A stretch of DNA of 64,000 nucleotides. Origin: Tubulanus polymorphus (Eukaryota; Animalia; Nemertea). Shown here one piece after another: positions 13,479 through 24,902 of the stretch. Each line of letters begins with the position of its first letter. The first letter of the stretch is position 1. Under the pieces are notes generated by a model, which was given only the letters and a program-made list of their open reading frames with translations, searched no databases and was not told the origin of the DNA. The stretch covers positions 16,052,950 through 16,116,949 of the forward strand of contig NC_134029.1 in NCBI RefSeq assembly GCF_964204645.1, read 5' to 3'. The position numbers were made by a program, and so were the translations under genes.

Positions 13479-15170
13479 ATGGATGAAGAAATTCCAATGG
13501 ATCCTTTAGATGAACCCGGTATAAGTGATGAACAACAACCTGATTTTAGTGAAACAAGTTTTAATGACGGTGATGAGCTAGAATATAATACTAATTTAGG
13601 TGAAGATGTTGATTATGATGATGATTATGATGGAATTAATTCTGAATTACGTGAAAAATTAAATAAATATTTAAAAGCTCCTGAAATTGGTAGAATTACA
13701 ACTAGAAGAGAAAGAAAAGAATTAATGAAACTATTAGAAAAACAACAAGAAAAATATCCTGATAAACCTATGGAATTATATAAAATGAAATCTACAGTAA
13801 CAGATACAATTGTTAACGAATTATTACCAAAAGTTGTAATACATGAAATTGATACAGAAAGTGTTGTAGAACAAATTTTTAAAGATGACCCATATTTCAC
13901 GAATAATTTAGAATTTAAAAATGATTCATGGTATTATAATCTTGATTTAAATAGGAATATTGTAACAATTCAATTATCTAAAATGGGTCAAGAAAATATT
14001 TTGAACCTGAAATGTTAGCAAGATCTACAATTGAAGGTTCAAAAGGTGGTAGAGAATTTCTCAGAATTATATGGAATGCACTCGATAGAATAAATGAAGA
14101 AGAACCAATTTCATAATATTGATATAAACAAATATTCACCATTTAAAAATCCAAATCCAAATCCTACTGATGTTGATCCAGAAATGGAAGAGAATAGAGA
14201 TCGATTAGATAGATTAAGATCTTCAACACCCGAAACATCGAGAAGAGACACTCAAGCAATTGATAATGATTCAAATCAATTACAATTAACATTAGAAAAA
14301 CAATTTGATAGATTAAGAGATTCAGAAGAAGAGATGAATAGTATATCAGATACATCTGGTTCTGAAACTAGAATAAATCAAATACAATCTTTACTAGAAA
14401 AAGGAATACTTGATTTAACTGATGAAGAATTAAAACAATTTCCTGAAAAAGCACGTAGAGAAATTAAAGGTGTACAAATATCAGCTGGTGAAATTGCTAA
14501 TATTAAGATGAGATTTTCTTAAATAACCATGTTAGAAAAAGAATTAACTAATGCAAATGAAGAATTAAAACAATTAGAATTAAATAAAAATCTTCAAGTA
14601 ATAAAGGAAGCTGATTATGCAAGCAGGAAGTTAGCTTTAGTAAAAAAAATTGATGATTTAAAATATAAAATAGAATTACAAAAAGAAGAAAGAGATACAT
14701 TATTAAAATCATATGATCTTAATCATATTAAAAAATTAAAAGTTATTTTTAAAGATTTGTTGATAAAACCAAATTCTAAAATATCATTGAAAGATAGAAT
14801 AAGATTATTATTTAAATTAGAAGGAATAACAATTCTTTCAATTCTAACGGCTGTAACTATGGTATTCACAACAATAGGTTTAGCAATATCAAATGCTTTG
14901 AAATCTACTCCTACTCCAAATAAACCAGATAAACCCCAAGATAATAATTCTATACAAGATAAAGTTAAAGATGGTTTAAAGAAATTAGCAAAATATTTAT
15001 GGGAACTATCTAAAAAATCTGCTGCAGCTTTTGAAATCTGCAGGAAACATTATTAACTTTGCTGCTGAACATATTATTTTATTTTTAATTACAGTTGTAA
15101 GTGCTATTATTTTTGGGTTAGTAAACATGATATCAAAAAATATCAAGTAAACATGATCAAAAATGAATAA
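13479..15170 (+). pseudogene. Acidic/coiled-coil protein with C-terminal hydrophobic helices (A copy, broken)
   Basis: C-terminus LFKLEGITILSILTAVTM..KKSAAA matches 56393-57847; N-terminal part is divergent. Confidence 0.8.
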
Positions 15171-15190
15171 TTAATTTTTTTGTTAAATAA

Positions 15191-16438
15191 ATGAGTGGGA
15201 GTTATATCAATCCTTCTAAGAATCATAGAATATCTAATGCTATCAAAGCAGAAAGATCACATCATATAATTACTCATAACCCTTCCAATATTAATCCCGA
15301 TGAAACTTTATATGTTAGAATTCCTCGATTAACACAAAATACTTTTTATGTTCCAAATAGTATTTATTTATCAGCCGATATAAAAGTAATCGGTAATAAT
15401 AATAATTATGTTGTTGATAATGTTGGAAGATATTTGATTAAAAAATTAACTATAAAGATTGGTCCAGAAACAGTTTTCTCATTAGATGATTATAATTTAT
15501 TCATGCATTATAAAGATTTATGGTTAACTAAAGAAAATAGAAATAATATGATATTTCAAGGAATCCAATCAGAAAACCAAAATAAATTAAGATCAGAAGC
15601 TAATAGCGCAATATTAACTAATGCTGTAGATAAATTGATAAAAAGTATATATGGAAGCAAATATAAAATTCCATTAGACTTTGAATTGATAAATAACAAT
15701 GCACCTTTATATAAATACGCAATTCAAGGAGACGTTATATTCGAAATAACATTTGCTCCTGTAAATGAAATTGTAATATCTAGCGTTAATAAAGATATGA
15801 GTTATAAATTATCGAATATATGTTTAGAATATGATACAGTAACTGATGAAAATATTTCAAGTATAATTCAAACTCAATACAATCAAGGATTTTCATTATT
15901 GTATGATTATATTGATAAATTTAAAACTGTAACTATTAATGCAAATGATGAAATAATTAATGAGAATATTAACTTCCCAAGAAGATCTATTAAAGGTATA
16001 TTAATATTTTTTACCATTGCAACATATACTAATGGCGCAATACAGGTTGATAAGTATTATAATCCTGAAATAACAAAAGTAGAAATAACTATCGAAGGAA
16101 TAGCAAATAAAATATTTTGTCAAGGAATGAGAATGATAGATCAATGGCCAGAAATTAGAAAACATTTTATGAATGAAAAAGTAAAATCATCTGAAAATTG
16201 TAATATTAATCAAATTGATTATTATACCGGTAATAAATATGCATTATGGTTAGATTTTAGAACAACAGAGGATAATTCATTACATGGTTCTGGGAAAAAA
16301 CTACAGAACACTAAAGATGGAATACAATTATTCATGACAAAGAAAAAAGGAAGTCTAAATTTCAAAATGCACATTTATATTATATCTGACGCGCAATTAA
16401 ATATTGTAAATTCACAATTAGATAGTGTTATGTATTAA
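15191..16438 (+). CDS. Major capsid protein (double jelly-roll), A copy, intact
   Basis: 415 aa, beta-rich; THNPSNI..LYVRIP, NICLEYD, LWLDFRT..LHGSG, YIISDAQLNI; size and position fit a Polinton MCP. Confidence 0.8.
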   Translation: MSGSYINPSKNHRISNAIKAERSHHIITHNPSNINPDETLYVRIPRLTQNTFYVPNSIYLSADIKVIGNNNNYVVDNVGRYLIKKLTIKIGPETVFSLDDYNLFMHYKDLWLTKENRNNMIFQGIQSENQNKLRSEANSAILTNAVDKLIKSIYGSKYKIPLDFELINNNAPLYKYAIQGDVIFEITFAPVNEIVISSVNKDMSYKLSNICLEYDTVTDENISSIIQTQYNQGFSLLYDYIDKFKTVTINANDEIINENINFPRRSIKGILIFFTIATYTNGAIQVDKYYNPEITKVEITIEGIANKIFCQGMRMIDQWPEIRKHFMNEKVKSSENCNINQIDYYTGNKYALWLDFRTTEDNSLHGSGKKLQNTKDGIQLFMTKKKGSLNFKMHIYIISDAQLNIVNSQLDSVMY

Positions 16439-16688
16439 AATTTTAACTTTAATAAAGAAAAATAGATTTAAGTTATCTGATAAATAATTTTGGACATCAT
16501 TTTGATTTTGATTATGATGATTTTGATGAATACTTAGAAAAATTAAGAGAAAAAGCTAATATACCTACTAATTATTATGTTAAAATGGCTCAATTAAAAT
16601 TAATAAATCTACCTAAGACTTTTGGTGAATTAGATATAAACAGAGATGATTTTATAAATATATTAGAAACAAAATTAGAATAATCATT

Positions 16689-17061
16689 ATAAAACTAATT
16701 TATATAACTATATACTAGACGTACGTAAGAATCTTAGTAAGAATCCAAGAAATCTTACTTTCTTACTCGTACGTCTAGTACATAGATATATATAATAGTT
16801 TTATATAAAAATTAAAAACATAAAATTATTAATCTAAGTATAGAAATGGTTATAATATAATCTATTTTTATTATTATTAAGAGAAAACATATAATTTATT
16901 CATTTTTATAATTTAAATTTAGAATAATTATTATAAAACTAATTTATATATCTATATACTAGACGTACGTAAGAATTCTTACCAAGATTCTTACTTTCTT
17001 GGCAAGAATCTTACTTTCTTACTTGTACGTCTAGTACATAGATATATAAATTAGTTTCTAT
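16689..17061. terminator. Two imperfect ~120-130 bp hairpins at the point where the two gene blocks of A converge
   Basis: TACTAGACGTACG...GTACGTCTAGTA arms occur twice. Terminator role is inferred. Confidence 0.5.
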
Positions 17062-17105
17062 AATATTCCAAATTATAAATAGTTAATACATAGGTATACA
17101 AATAG

Positions 17106-17717
17106 TTATTTTATAAATTTATATTCATATGGAAATTGTAATCTCAGTAATAATTTTGAACCTTTATTATTCTTCAATTTATTCATATATTCATCATGTA
17201 ATTCAGTAGGTATAATTTGATTTTCTTCCAATGATTGTTGCATAGATTTTTTATCTTTGTTATAAAATAAAACTAGAAATCTTATATTCTCCCTAAAGTC
17301 TTTAACAATTGAATTATATTTTTGATTTAAAACTCATGTTGTTATCCCAAAATGTCTTCCAGAGAAAGCTAGATAACATAACTCACTTTCTCTAACTTTT
17401 GAATCATGTAAATTTGCGCAATCATCTATGATAAATAATGTATTTGATCCTTTATAAGTATCCATTGCTATTTTTATACAATTATCTAAATTTTCTTTTA
17501 CTGTTTTAGGATCTAATATAATAAACTTTTTCATCTTAACTATATCTCTATTATATGTTTTATTCATTTCATAAGTAGGACAGAATAATATTATATTATC
17601 AAAATGATTCTTATAAATAGTTTCTAACAAATCTAATATGAAATGTGTTTTACCACAATTGGTTACACCAGTAACTAACATATTATGCGGTTCAAATATA
17701 AATAAATCTTTATTCAT
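17106..17717 (-). pseudogene. A32/FtsK-HerA packaging ATPase of A (premature stop at 17334)
   Basis: GVTNCGKT, FIIDD, GRHFGI. Confidence 0.9.
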
Positions 17718-18801
17718 TTATTCTTTTAATTTTACTGGATAAAATCCATTCATTAAATTTATCATCGTATCCTTTATATTTCACCAAAGAATACTTTTTT
17801 CCTTTAAGAGTTTTTGTTTTCAATACTTTTTCTATTTTGTATTCTATTTCATCTGGATTTGGTACAAGTGATAATTCTTGTTCATAGAAAAAACCTAATA
17901 TTTCTTCATCTTTTAGATCTTCTAGTTTATAAACAAAAGGTTTAGTTAATATTATCTTTTTAATTTTAAATATTTCTTCAGTAAAATTAGGGGTATAACC
18001 TTTATAAAATGTTTTTCTATATTTAGATATTCTTACGTGTTGTCCTATTTTAAATTTTGGTTCACCAAAATCATGTGTAACAAACGCACCATATAAATTA
18101 TTCCAAACTATTTCCGAATTATCTTCTTTTCTAGCTTGTATAGGTTTCATATTTATAGAACTATGTTTAGAATTATTATAACCTTTCACTAAATCATCTA
18201 ATACATCGATATATTTATATGTTTCATTCGCAGTAAAATATTTCCACATTCTAGTTTTCAATGTTTTATTAAATCTTTCTATAATAGATGCTTTTTTATC
18301 TGAGTGTGTTGAAAAATATTCTACATCGTTATCAGATAATAGTTTTTTAAAATGTTTCTTATAAAATTCCTTACCTTCATCAAATTGTATCTTATCTGGA
18401 ATAGCTTCTTTAAATATTGATTTAAAAGCATTTGTCACTTCTATTCCAGTTTTATTTTTGATTGGAATTGACCATGCGTATCGACTGAATATGTCTATAA
18501 CATTCAGTATCCAGAAATATCATTTGTTGTATTCTTCTAAGTTCTTCATGTCAATTAAATCTGCTTGCCATTGTTGATCGATATATGAAACCATAACTTT
18601 TCTTGTTAAATAAGTTTTATCCATTTTCTTGTGGATTTGATATGTTGGTTGATTTTGTAACCATGATTTTAATTCACTATATTTCATACCACCATTTTCC
18701 TTATCAGATTTAATTTTATTCCATAATTCTGAAACGTTAGAATATGATACTTCACTTTCTGGGTTATAATATAACTCTCTTAAATATTGTTCTTTTTTCA
18801 T
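17710..18801 (-). pseudogene. int: Retroviral-type integrase with chromodomain, A copy, frameshifted
   Basis: WQADL, QFDEGKEF, IERFNKTLK and C-terminal chromodomain split over two ORFs. Confidence 0.92.
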
Positions 18802-18807
18802 CTTCTT

Positions 18808-19176
18808 TTAATCCATTAATAATAATTTAGATTTAGTTTCAATGGCTTTATGATTTGACTTATTTTCTGGTATGATAGGTTTATTGTCATTGGAATCATC
18901 TTTATCATCAGATTTGAATTTTGATTTATATATTACACCGGATAATATAATAACTGTTACTAATCCAATTGTAATATATAATTTATAATTACTTCCAGCA
19001 TTAGAAGAATCAGATGGATTATTACTTGAATCAATATCAGATAAAGTCTGTGATTCATTTATATCAGTTAATTTCTTTTTCTTAGCTTTTTTTAATTCTG
19101 CAGATCTTTTACCTAGTTCTCTTGCCCATTTAATTTGTTTCTCGGATCTAGCCTTTTTCTTAACGCCATCACTCAT
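18808..19176 (-). CDS. Small basic protein with one TM helix
   Basis: RSEKQIKWARELGKRS; LYITIGLVTVIILSGVIY; homologue at 22794. Confidence 0.75.
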   Translation of the reverse strand: MSDGVKKKARSEKQIKWARELGKRSAELKKAKKKKLTDINESQTLSDIDSSNNPSDSSNAGSNYKLYITIGLVTVIILSGVIYKSKFKSDDKDDSNDNKPIIPENKSNHKAIETKSKLLLMD

Positions 19177-19704
19177 TTATTTTAGTTAATTTTTGTTCTG
19201 ATTCATTTTCTGTTTCGACGTTTGGTTGTAGTACAGCGTCATCTGTTTCGTTCTTACATGATTTATATTCCATAGGTTTGATGTTCGAAAATGTTATGAC
19301 GCCAGTAGAAATTAATGTCATAACCGATCCTAATTGAAATGAAGCATAACCAACCCATTTTTGTAATTCAGTCATAACTAAATAGTCATTTTTCAAATCA
19401 CTATATAATTTATTTTCATCATCAATTGTCATTAACCGGTTACATAATTTTGAATAACATTTTATAATACTATCTGAAATAGAATCATTTATTCGAGCCA
19501 ATCTTGCCTCTTCATAAATCTTAAAATATTTTATTACTTTATCGGGTTTCATAGAGTCTAGTTCTTGAAAAGTTATTATTTTTCCCAAGAAATCCTTAGA
19601 TTTCCCGCCAGCAATTAATAATTCAAGATGATGCTTACAATATAAATAGTATTCATAATTTATATTACAATTAACTTGAGCACAATTAGTTACAACTGTA
19701 TCTT
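19169..19704 (-). pseudogene. 3' part of the ~200-aa conserved gene of A, split by B (5' part at 37616-37688)
   Basis: Joining 37688-37610 to 19698 restores MSKKSNKNSIDIEKTLDDL..KDTVVTNCAQVNCN, homologous to 50993-51595. Confidence 0.92.
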
Positions 19705-20182
19705 AGTAATAGGGGTTTAGTTGTTTCAGATCAAAGGTCGAACGGTCGAGCTCGCAAAAATGAAAAAACATAAAAATAATAACAATTTCTACTTGAATTA
19801 CTCGCAAAACTCATAAAAATGAACAATAATTCTCGCATACTCGAATTTATTTTTCATTTTCTACTCGCTAGAAGAAAGTGTGAGTAAAGTGTGAGTTGTT
19901 TGAATTGTTATTATTTTTATGTTTTTTCATTTTTTACTCACTCGACCGTTCAACCTTTAACCTGAAACAACTAAACCCCTATTACTCTTAAAATATTCAC
20001 ATATATATGAATAACATTTAAATCATTGAACTTCTAAAATCAATTTTAATAAAAAATATAGTATTAAAATGGAAGCAAATAAGTACTACTGCCCAACATG
20101 TAATATCGATATAGACAAGTCTCAAAAAGCAAGACACAATAAAACTATAACACATTTAGAGAATAAATTGAAACTAGAGTAT
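19705..20182. repeat. Left TIR of B (478 bp), with a 282-bp terminal hairpin at 19705-19986
   Basis: Reverse complement of 37134-37609 apart from a 2-bp indel and rare substitutions. Confidence 0.95.
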
Positions 20183-20308
20183 TCAGAACAGTTAACAAAG
20201 GGAAAGAAATTTATTGAATTATGGAACACTGATCCAAATAATAAACAATACGTTGAGGAATTTATTATCAAGGAATCGAAAGAACTTATCAAAAGCAGCG
20301 AGGAATGA
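20069..20308 (+). other. Chimeric ORF: first 38 codons of pPolB (inside the TIR) fused to an HNH-gene C-terminal remnant
   Basis: MEANKYYC..KLKLEY is identical to the pPolB start; KFIELWNTDPNNKQYVEEFII matches the end of the HNH paralogue at ~50610-50688. Confidence 0.75.
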
Positions 20309-20385
20309 AAAAGGATGACGTTGGTCGAAGAAATGGAAGAGGATTCTAAAATGTTAATCAATTTTAATAAAAATATGTATAATAA

Positions 20386-21039
20386 ATGGAGCCGGAACAA
20401 CCACAAACTATAAATATTACAAATAACACTGGTGTTATAAACATATACTACAAGAAGTGTTCTAAATGTGAATTAGATAAATTAGCTTTAACAGAATTTA
20501 GTAAGCGTAAGATTAGCAAAGATGGTTTTCAAAATTGTTGTAAAACTTGTGCTAAACTATATACCAAACAATACCGAGAAGATAATAGAGAAGCTTACAA
20601 TGATTATATGACAGAATACATGAGAGAAAAATATAAAACAGATCTTAATTTTAGATTAAAACAATGTTTACGGTCTAGATTAACGCAATTATTCAGTAAA
20701 GACAGTCACTCGTACACATTATCTGATCTATTGGGTTGTTCAGATGAATTTCTCAAATCATGGATAATATATCAATTCGATGATAAAATGAATATAGATA
20801 ATTATGGTGAATACTTTCATATTGATCATGTGTTGGCGATTTCTAAATTTGACATGAATGATGAATATGATAAGAAGCTAATCTGGAACTGGAGAAATTT
20901 AAGGCCTTTAGAAAAGAAAGAAAATATAATTAAATCTAACAAACTAGATATGAAATTATATTTAGATCAACTGGAAAAAACAAAAAAATTTATTGAATTA
21001 TGGAACTCAACACATAATGAAAAATACGTTGAATGTTAA
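20386..21039 (+). CDS. HNH-family endonuclease with N-terminal Cys4 zinc finger
   Basis: CSKC..SKDG..CKTC; FHIDHV..F..NWRNLRPL...EN..KSNK. Confidence 0.8.
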   Translation: MEPEQPQTINITNNTGVINIYYKKCSKCELDKLALTEFSKRKISKDGFQNCCKTCAKLYTKQYREDNREAYNDYMTEYMREKYKTDLNFRLKQCLRSRLTQLFSKDSHSYTLSDLLGCSDEFLKSWIIYQFDDKMNIDNYGEYFHIDHVLAISKFDMNDEYDKKLIWNWRNLRPLEKKENIIKSNKLDMKLYLDQLEKTKKFIELWNSTHNEKYVEC

Positions 21040-22198
21040 ACGCTTAGAGAACCGGTTTCTCTCGATCTATGTCAAACCGCCTGTATGTAATTGTATTAGG
21101 TTGTTTACAAAAACATCTGTGCCGTATTTCATATTCAGTTGAATGGGGCGCACCTCATTTGAATATTGATCGAATGTGCTATTTCAGTTGAAAAGGATTA
21201 ATCAATTATATTACAAAAGAAGGAACATCTGTTGCACCAGACAGTGTTTAGCTAGTGTATAACTGGCAGTTATAAACGCGCAGCACATAAGCATAGGAAC
21301 GTATAGGATATTCTCTCTATAAACACAATTTTAGGAGTTTACAGTTATAAATGTAAGTACTGTTTTTGTTGTTATTAAGGCGTTGGAAAACGCTAAACAT
21401 GTAAAACTTATCCTGGTAAGATGAGCCACAAAATGGTCATGTTTAAGTGCTGTAATTAATATTTTACAACTACAACTTCAAGTTAGTTTTATTCTACGTT
21501 AGATATTTATCTTTTAGATAACAAAATGAAGACCATTGAATAAAGAAAGTGAAGATGGATGGATGTGGAATCAGAAATTATGGATATTTCAACTCATAAG
21601 ACTGTAGCAGTTTAGCCATACTGTATAGGCTTCCAATGCATTACGTTTGCCGGAATTTCAATTGCGTCATTCAGCTGTTGTTAATGACACATAGTGACAG
21701 ATGTTGTATTATACTTTATTGATTCCTGCATTCCGCGCATACCTTACCGCTCGGCTGCCGAGCGGCTTGGAATGTGGAAATAGTTAATGATTGTAGAATA
21801 AAATATATGTGTGTTTATGAAATAGTATTTCCAACAGTCGTTTCTTTGAATTTATTTTCAGTTTTAGGATTTATTATCGAGAATCCGAAATGACTTATCT
21901 GGACAGTTATAATTACTGCTCATAATAGATAGACAATAGTAGTGAGATAATCTAAATCCTAATTTAAATAAAAAGTATTTAAAAAACAATAACTTCAACT
22001 AGCTAGTGAATTCTATTATATTTTTAATACTTTCTTTTCAAAAGAGAATACTTTATATTTTGAATAGATTCAAATAGATATTCTTTAAATTCAAATAGCT
22101 AGTATCAGTAGTCAATACTAGAATTCTTTAGCTTTAACTAGCTAGTATCATTTGAAGAATACTTTTAATACTATTCTTATTAAATTTCTCTAATATAA

Positions 22199-22777
22199 AT
22201 GTCAAAGAAATCTAATAAGAATAGTATTGATATTGAAAAGACATTAGATGATTTAGGTATTAGTGATAATAAAGATACAGTTGCAACTAATTGTGCTCAA
22301 GTTAATAACAATATAGATTATGAATACTATTTATATTGTAAGCATCATCTTGAATTATTAATTGCTGGAGGGAAATCTAAGGATTTCTTGGGAAAAATAA
22401 TAACTTTTCAAGAATTAGATGCTATGAAACCCGATAAAGTAATAAAATATTTTAAGATTTATGAAGAAGCTAGATTAGCTAGAATAAATGATTCTATTTC
22501 AGATGGTATTGTCAAATGTTATTCAAAATTATGTAACCGGCTAATACCAATTGATGATGAAAATAAATTATATAATGATTTGAAAAATGACTATTTAGTT
22601 ATGACTGAATTACAAAAATGGGTTGGATATGCTTCATTTCAATTAGGATCGGTTATGACATTAATTTCTACTGGTGTCATAACATTTTCGAACATCAAAC
22701 CTATGGAATATAAATCAGGTAAGAACGAAACAGATGTACTACAACCAAACGTCGAAACAGAAAATGAATCAGAATAA
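22199..22777 (+). CDS. Conserved hypothetical Polinton protein (8 aa short because of a CAA>TAA change)
   Basis: Homologue 50993-51595 is 200 aa. Confidence 0.8.
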   Translation: MSKKSNKNSIDIEKTLDDLGISDNKDTVATNCAQVNNNIDYEYYLYCKHHLELLIAGGKSKDFLGKIITFQELDAMKPDKVIKYFKIYEEARLARINDSISDGIVKCYSKLCNRLIPIDDENKLYNDLKNDYLVMTELQKWVGYASFQLGSVMTLISTGVITFSNIKPMEYKSGKNETDVLQPNVETENESE

Positions 22778-22793
22778 AAATTAACTAAAATAA

Positions 22794-23183
22794 ATGAGTG
22801 ATGGAGTTAAGAAAAAGGCTAGATCCGAGAAACAAATTAAATGGGCAAGAGAATTAGGTAAAAGATCATCAGAATTAAAAAAAGCTAAGAAAAAGAAATT
22901 ATCTGATATAAATGAATCACCTGGTATTGATTCAAATAATAATCCATCTAATTCTTCTAATGTTGGAAGTAATTATAAATTATATATTACAATTGGATTA
23001 GTAACAGTTATTATATTATCCGGTGTAGTATATAAATCAAAATTCAAATCTGATGATAAAGATGATTCCAATGATGATCGGAAACTTAGTTATCCATGTA
23101 CAGACAATAAACCTATCATACCCGAAAATAAATCAAATCATAAATCAAATGAAAATAAATCTAAATTATTATTAATGGATTAA
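22794..23183 (+). CDS. Small basic protein with one TM helix
   Basis: Conserved in A and C. Confidence 0.78.
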   Translation: MSDGVKKKARSEKQIKWARELGKRSSELKKAKKKKLSDINESPGIDSNNNPSNSSNVGSNYKLYITIGLVTVIILSGVVYKSKFKSDDKDDSNDDRKLSYPCTDNKPIIPENKSNHKSNENKSKLLLMD

Positions 23184-23189
23184 AATAAT

Positions 23190-24275
23190 ATGAAAAAAGA
23201 ACAATATTTAAGAGATTTATATTATAACCCAGAAAGTGAAGTATCATATTCTAACGTATCAGAATTATGGAATAAAATTAAATCTGATAAAGAAAAAATA
23301 AAATATAGTGAATTAAAATCATGGTTACAAAATCAACCCACATATCAAATTCATAAAAAGATGGATAAAAAATATTTAACAAGAAAAGTAATGGTTTCAT
23401 ATATTGACCAACAATGGCAAGCTGATTTAATTGACATGAAAAACTTAGAAGAATACAACAAAGGATATTTTTGGATACTAAATGTTATAGATATATTCAG
23501 TAGATACGCATGGAGTATCCCGATTAAAAATAAAACTGGTATAGAAGTTACAAATGCTTTTAAATCTATATTTAAAGAAGCTATTCCAGATAAGATACAA
23601 TTTGATGAAGGTAAAGAATTTTATAACAAACATTTCAAAAAACTATTATCTGATAACGATGTAGAATATTTTTCAACACATTCAGATAAAAAAGCATCTG
23701 TTATAGAAAGATTTAATAAAACATTGAAAACTAGAATGTGGAAATATTTCACCGCTAATGAAACATATAAATATATCGATGTGTTAGATGATTTAGTTAA
23801 AGGTTATAATAATTCTAAACATAGTTCTATAAATATGAAACCCATACAAGCTAGAAAAGAAGAAAATTCAGAAATAGTTTGGAATAATTTATATGGAGCA
23901 TTTGTTACACATGATTTTGGAGAACCTAAATTTAAAATAGGACAACATGTTAGAATTTCTAAATATCGAAAAACATTTTATAAAGGTTATACCCCTAATT
24001 TTACTGAAGAAATATTCAAGATTAAAAAGATAATATTAACTAAACCTTTTGTTTATAAATTAGAAGATTTAAAAGATGAAGAAATATTAGGTTATTTCTA
24101 TGAACAAGAATTATCATTAGTACCAAATCCAGATGAAATAGAATACAAAATAGAAAAGGTATTGAAAACAAAAACTCTTAAAGGAAAAAAGTATTCTTTG
24201 GTGAAATATAAAGGATATGATGATAAATTTAATGAATGGATTTTATCTAGTAAAATTAAAAGAATAAATGAATAA
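23190..24275 (+). CDS. int: Retroviral-type (rve) DDE integrase with C-terminal chromodomain
   Basis: WQADL / QFDEGKEF / IERFNKTLK triad; YKIEKVL..LVKYKGYDDKFNEWI chromodomain. Confidence 0.95.
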   Translation: MKKEQYLRDLYYNPESEVSYSNVSELWNKIKSDKEKIKYSELKSWLQNQPTYQIHKKMDKKYLTRKVMVSYIDQQWQADLIDMKNLEEYNKGYFWILNVIDIFSRYAWSIPIKNKTGIEVTNAFKSIFKEAIPDKIQFDEGKEFYNKHFKKLLSDNDVEYFSTHSDKKASVIERFNKTLKTRMWKYFTANETYKYIDVLDDLVKGYNNSKHSSINMKPIQARKEENSEIVWNNLYGAFVTHDFGEPKFKIGQHVRISKYRKTFYKGYTPNFTEEIFKIKKIILTKPFVYKLEDLKDEEILGYFYEQELSLVPNPDEIEYKIEKVLKTKTLKGKKYSLVKYKGYDDKFNEWILSSKIKRINE

Positions 24276-24879
24276 AGATTTATTTATATTTGAACCACAT
24301 TATATGTTAGTTACTGGAGTTACAAATTGTGGTAAAACACATTTCATATTAGATTTGTTAGAAACTATTTATAAAAATCATTTTGATAATATAATATTAT
24401 TCTGTCCTACATATGAAATGAATAAAACATATAATAGAGATATAGTTAAGATAAAAAAGTTTATTATATTAGACCCTAAAACAGTAAAAGAAAATTTAGA
24501 TAATTGTATAAAAATAGCAATTGATACTTATAAAGGATCTAATACATTATTTATTATCGATGATTGCGCAAATTTACATGATTCTAAAATTAGAGAAAGT
24601 GAGTTATGTTATTTAGCTTTCTCTGGGAGACATTTTGGGATAACAACTTGGGTTTTAAATCAGAAATATAATTCAATTGTGAAAGATTTTAGAGAGAATA
24701 TAAGATTTCTAGTTTTATTTTATAACAAAGATAGAAAATCTATGCAACAATCATTAGAAGAAAATCAAATTATACCTACTGAATTACATGATGAATATAT
24801 GAATAAATTAAAGAATAATAAAGGTTCAAAATTATTACTGAGATTACAATTTCCATATGAATATAAATTTATAAAATAA
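24268..24879 (+). CDS. A32/FtsK-HerA family DNA-packaging ATPase
   Basis: Walker A GVTNCGKT, Walker B FIIDD, GRHFGI..LNQ, FREN. Confidence 0.92.
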   Translation: MNKDLFIFEPHYMLVTGVTNCGKTHFILDLLETIYKNHFDNIILFCPTYEMNKTYNRDIVKIKKFIILDPKTVKENLDNCIKIAIDTYKGSNTLFIIDDCANLHDSKIRESELCYLAFSGRHFGITTWVLNQKYNSIVKDFRENIRFLVLFYNKDRKSMQQSLEENQIIPTELHDEYMNKLKNNKGSKLLLRLQFPYEYKFIK

Positions 24880-24902
24880 GATCCTAATTCAAAATATTAT
24901 AT

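Noticed and set aside
13625-14355. Antisense ORFs (also 5955, 9468, 20122, 28338, 28671, 29042, 30673, 31322, 40394, 40822, 41273, 43110, 43726, 54500, 56337, 56898, 61773)
   Set aside because: Shadow frames of real genes on the other strand, with low-complexity Leu/Ser/Ile/Phe composition.
19705-19986. Flip/flop isomers as evidence of rolling-hairpin replication
   Set aside because: Both ends of B, and the retained arm of A, are the same isomer; no flip is seen in this window.
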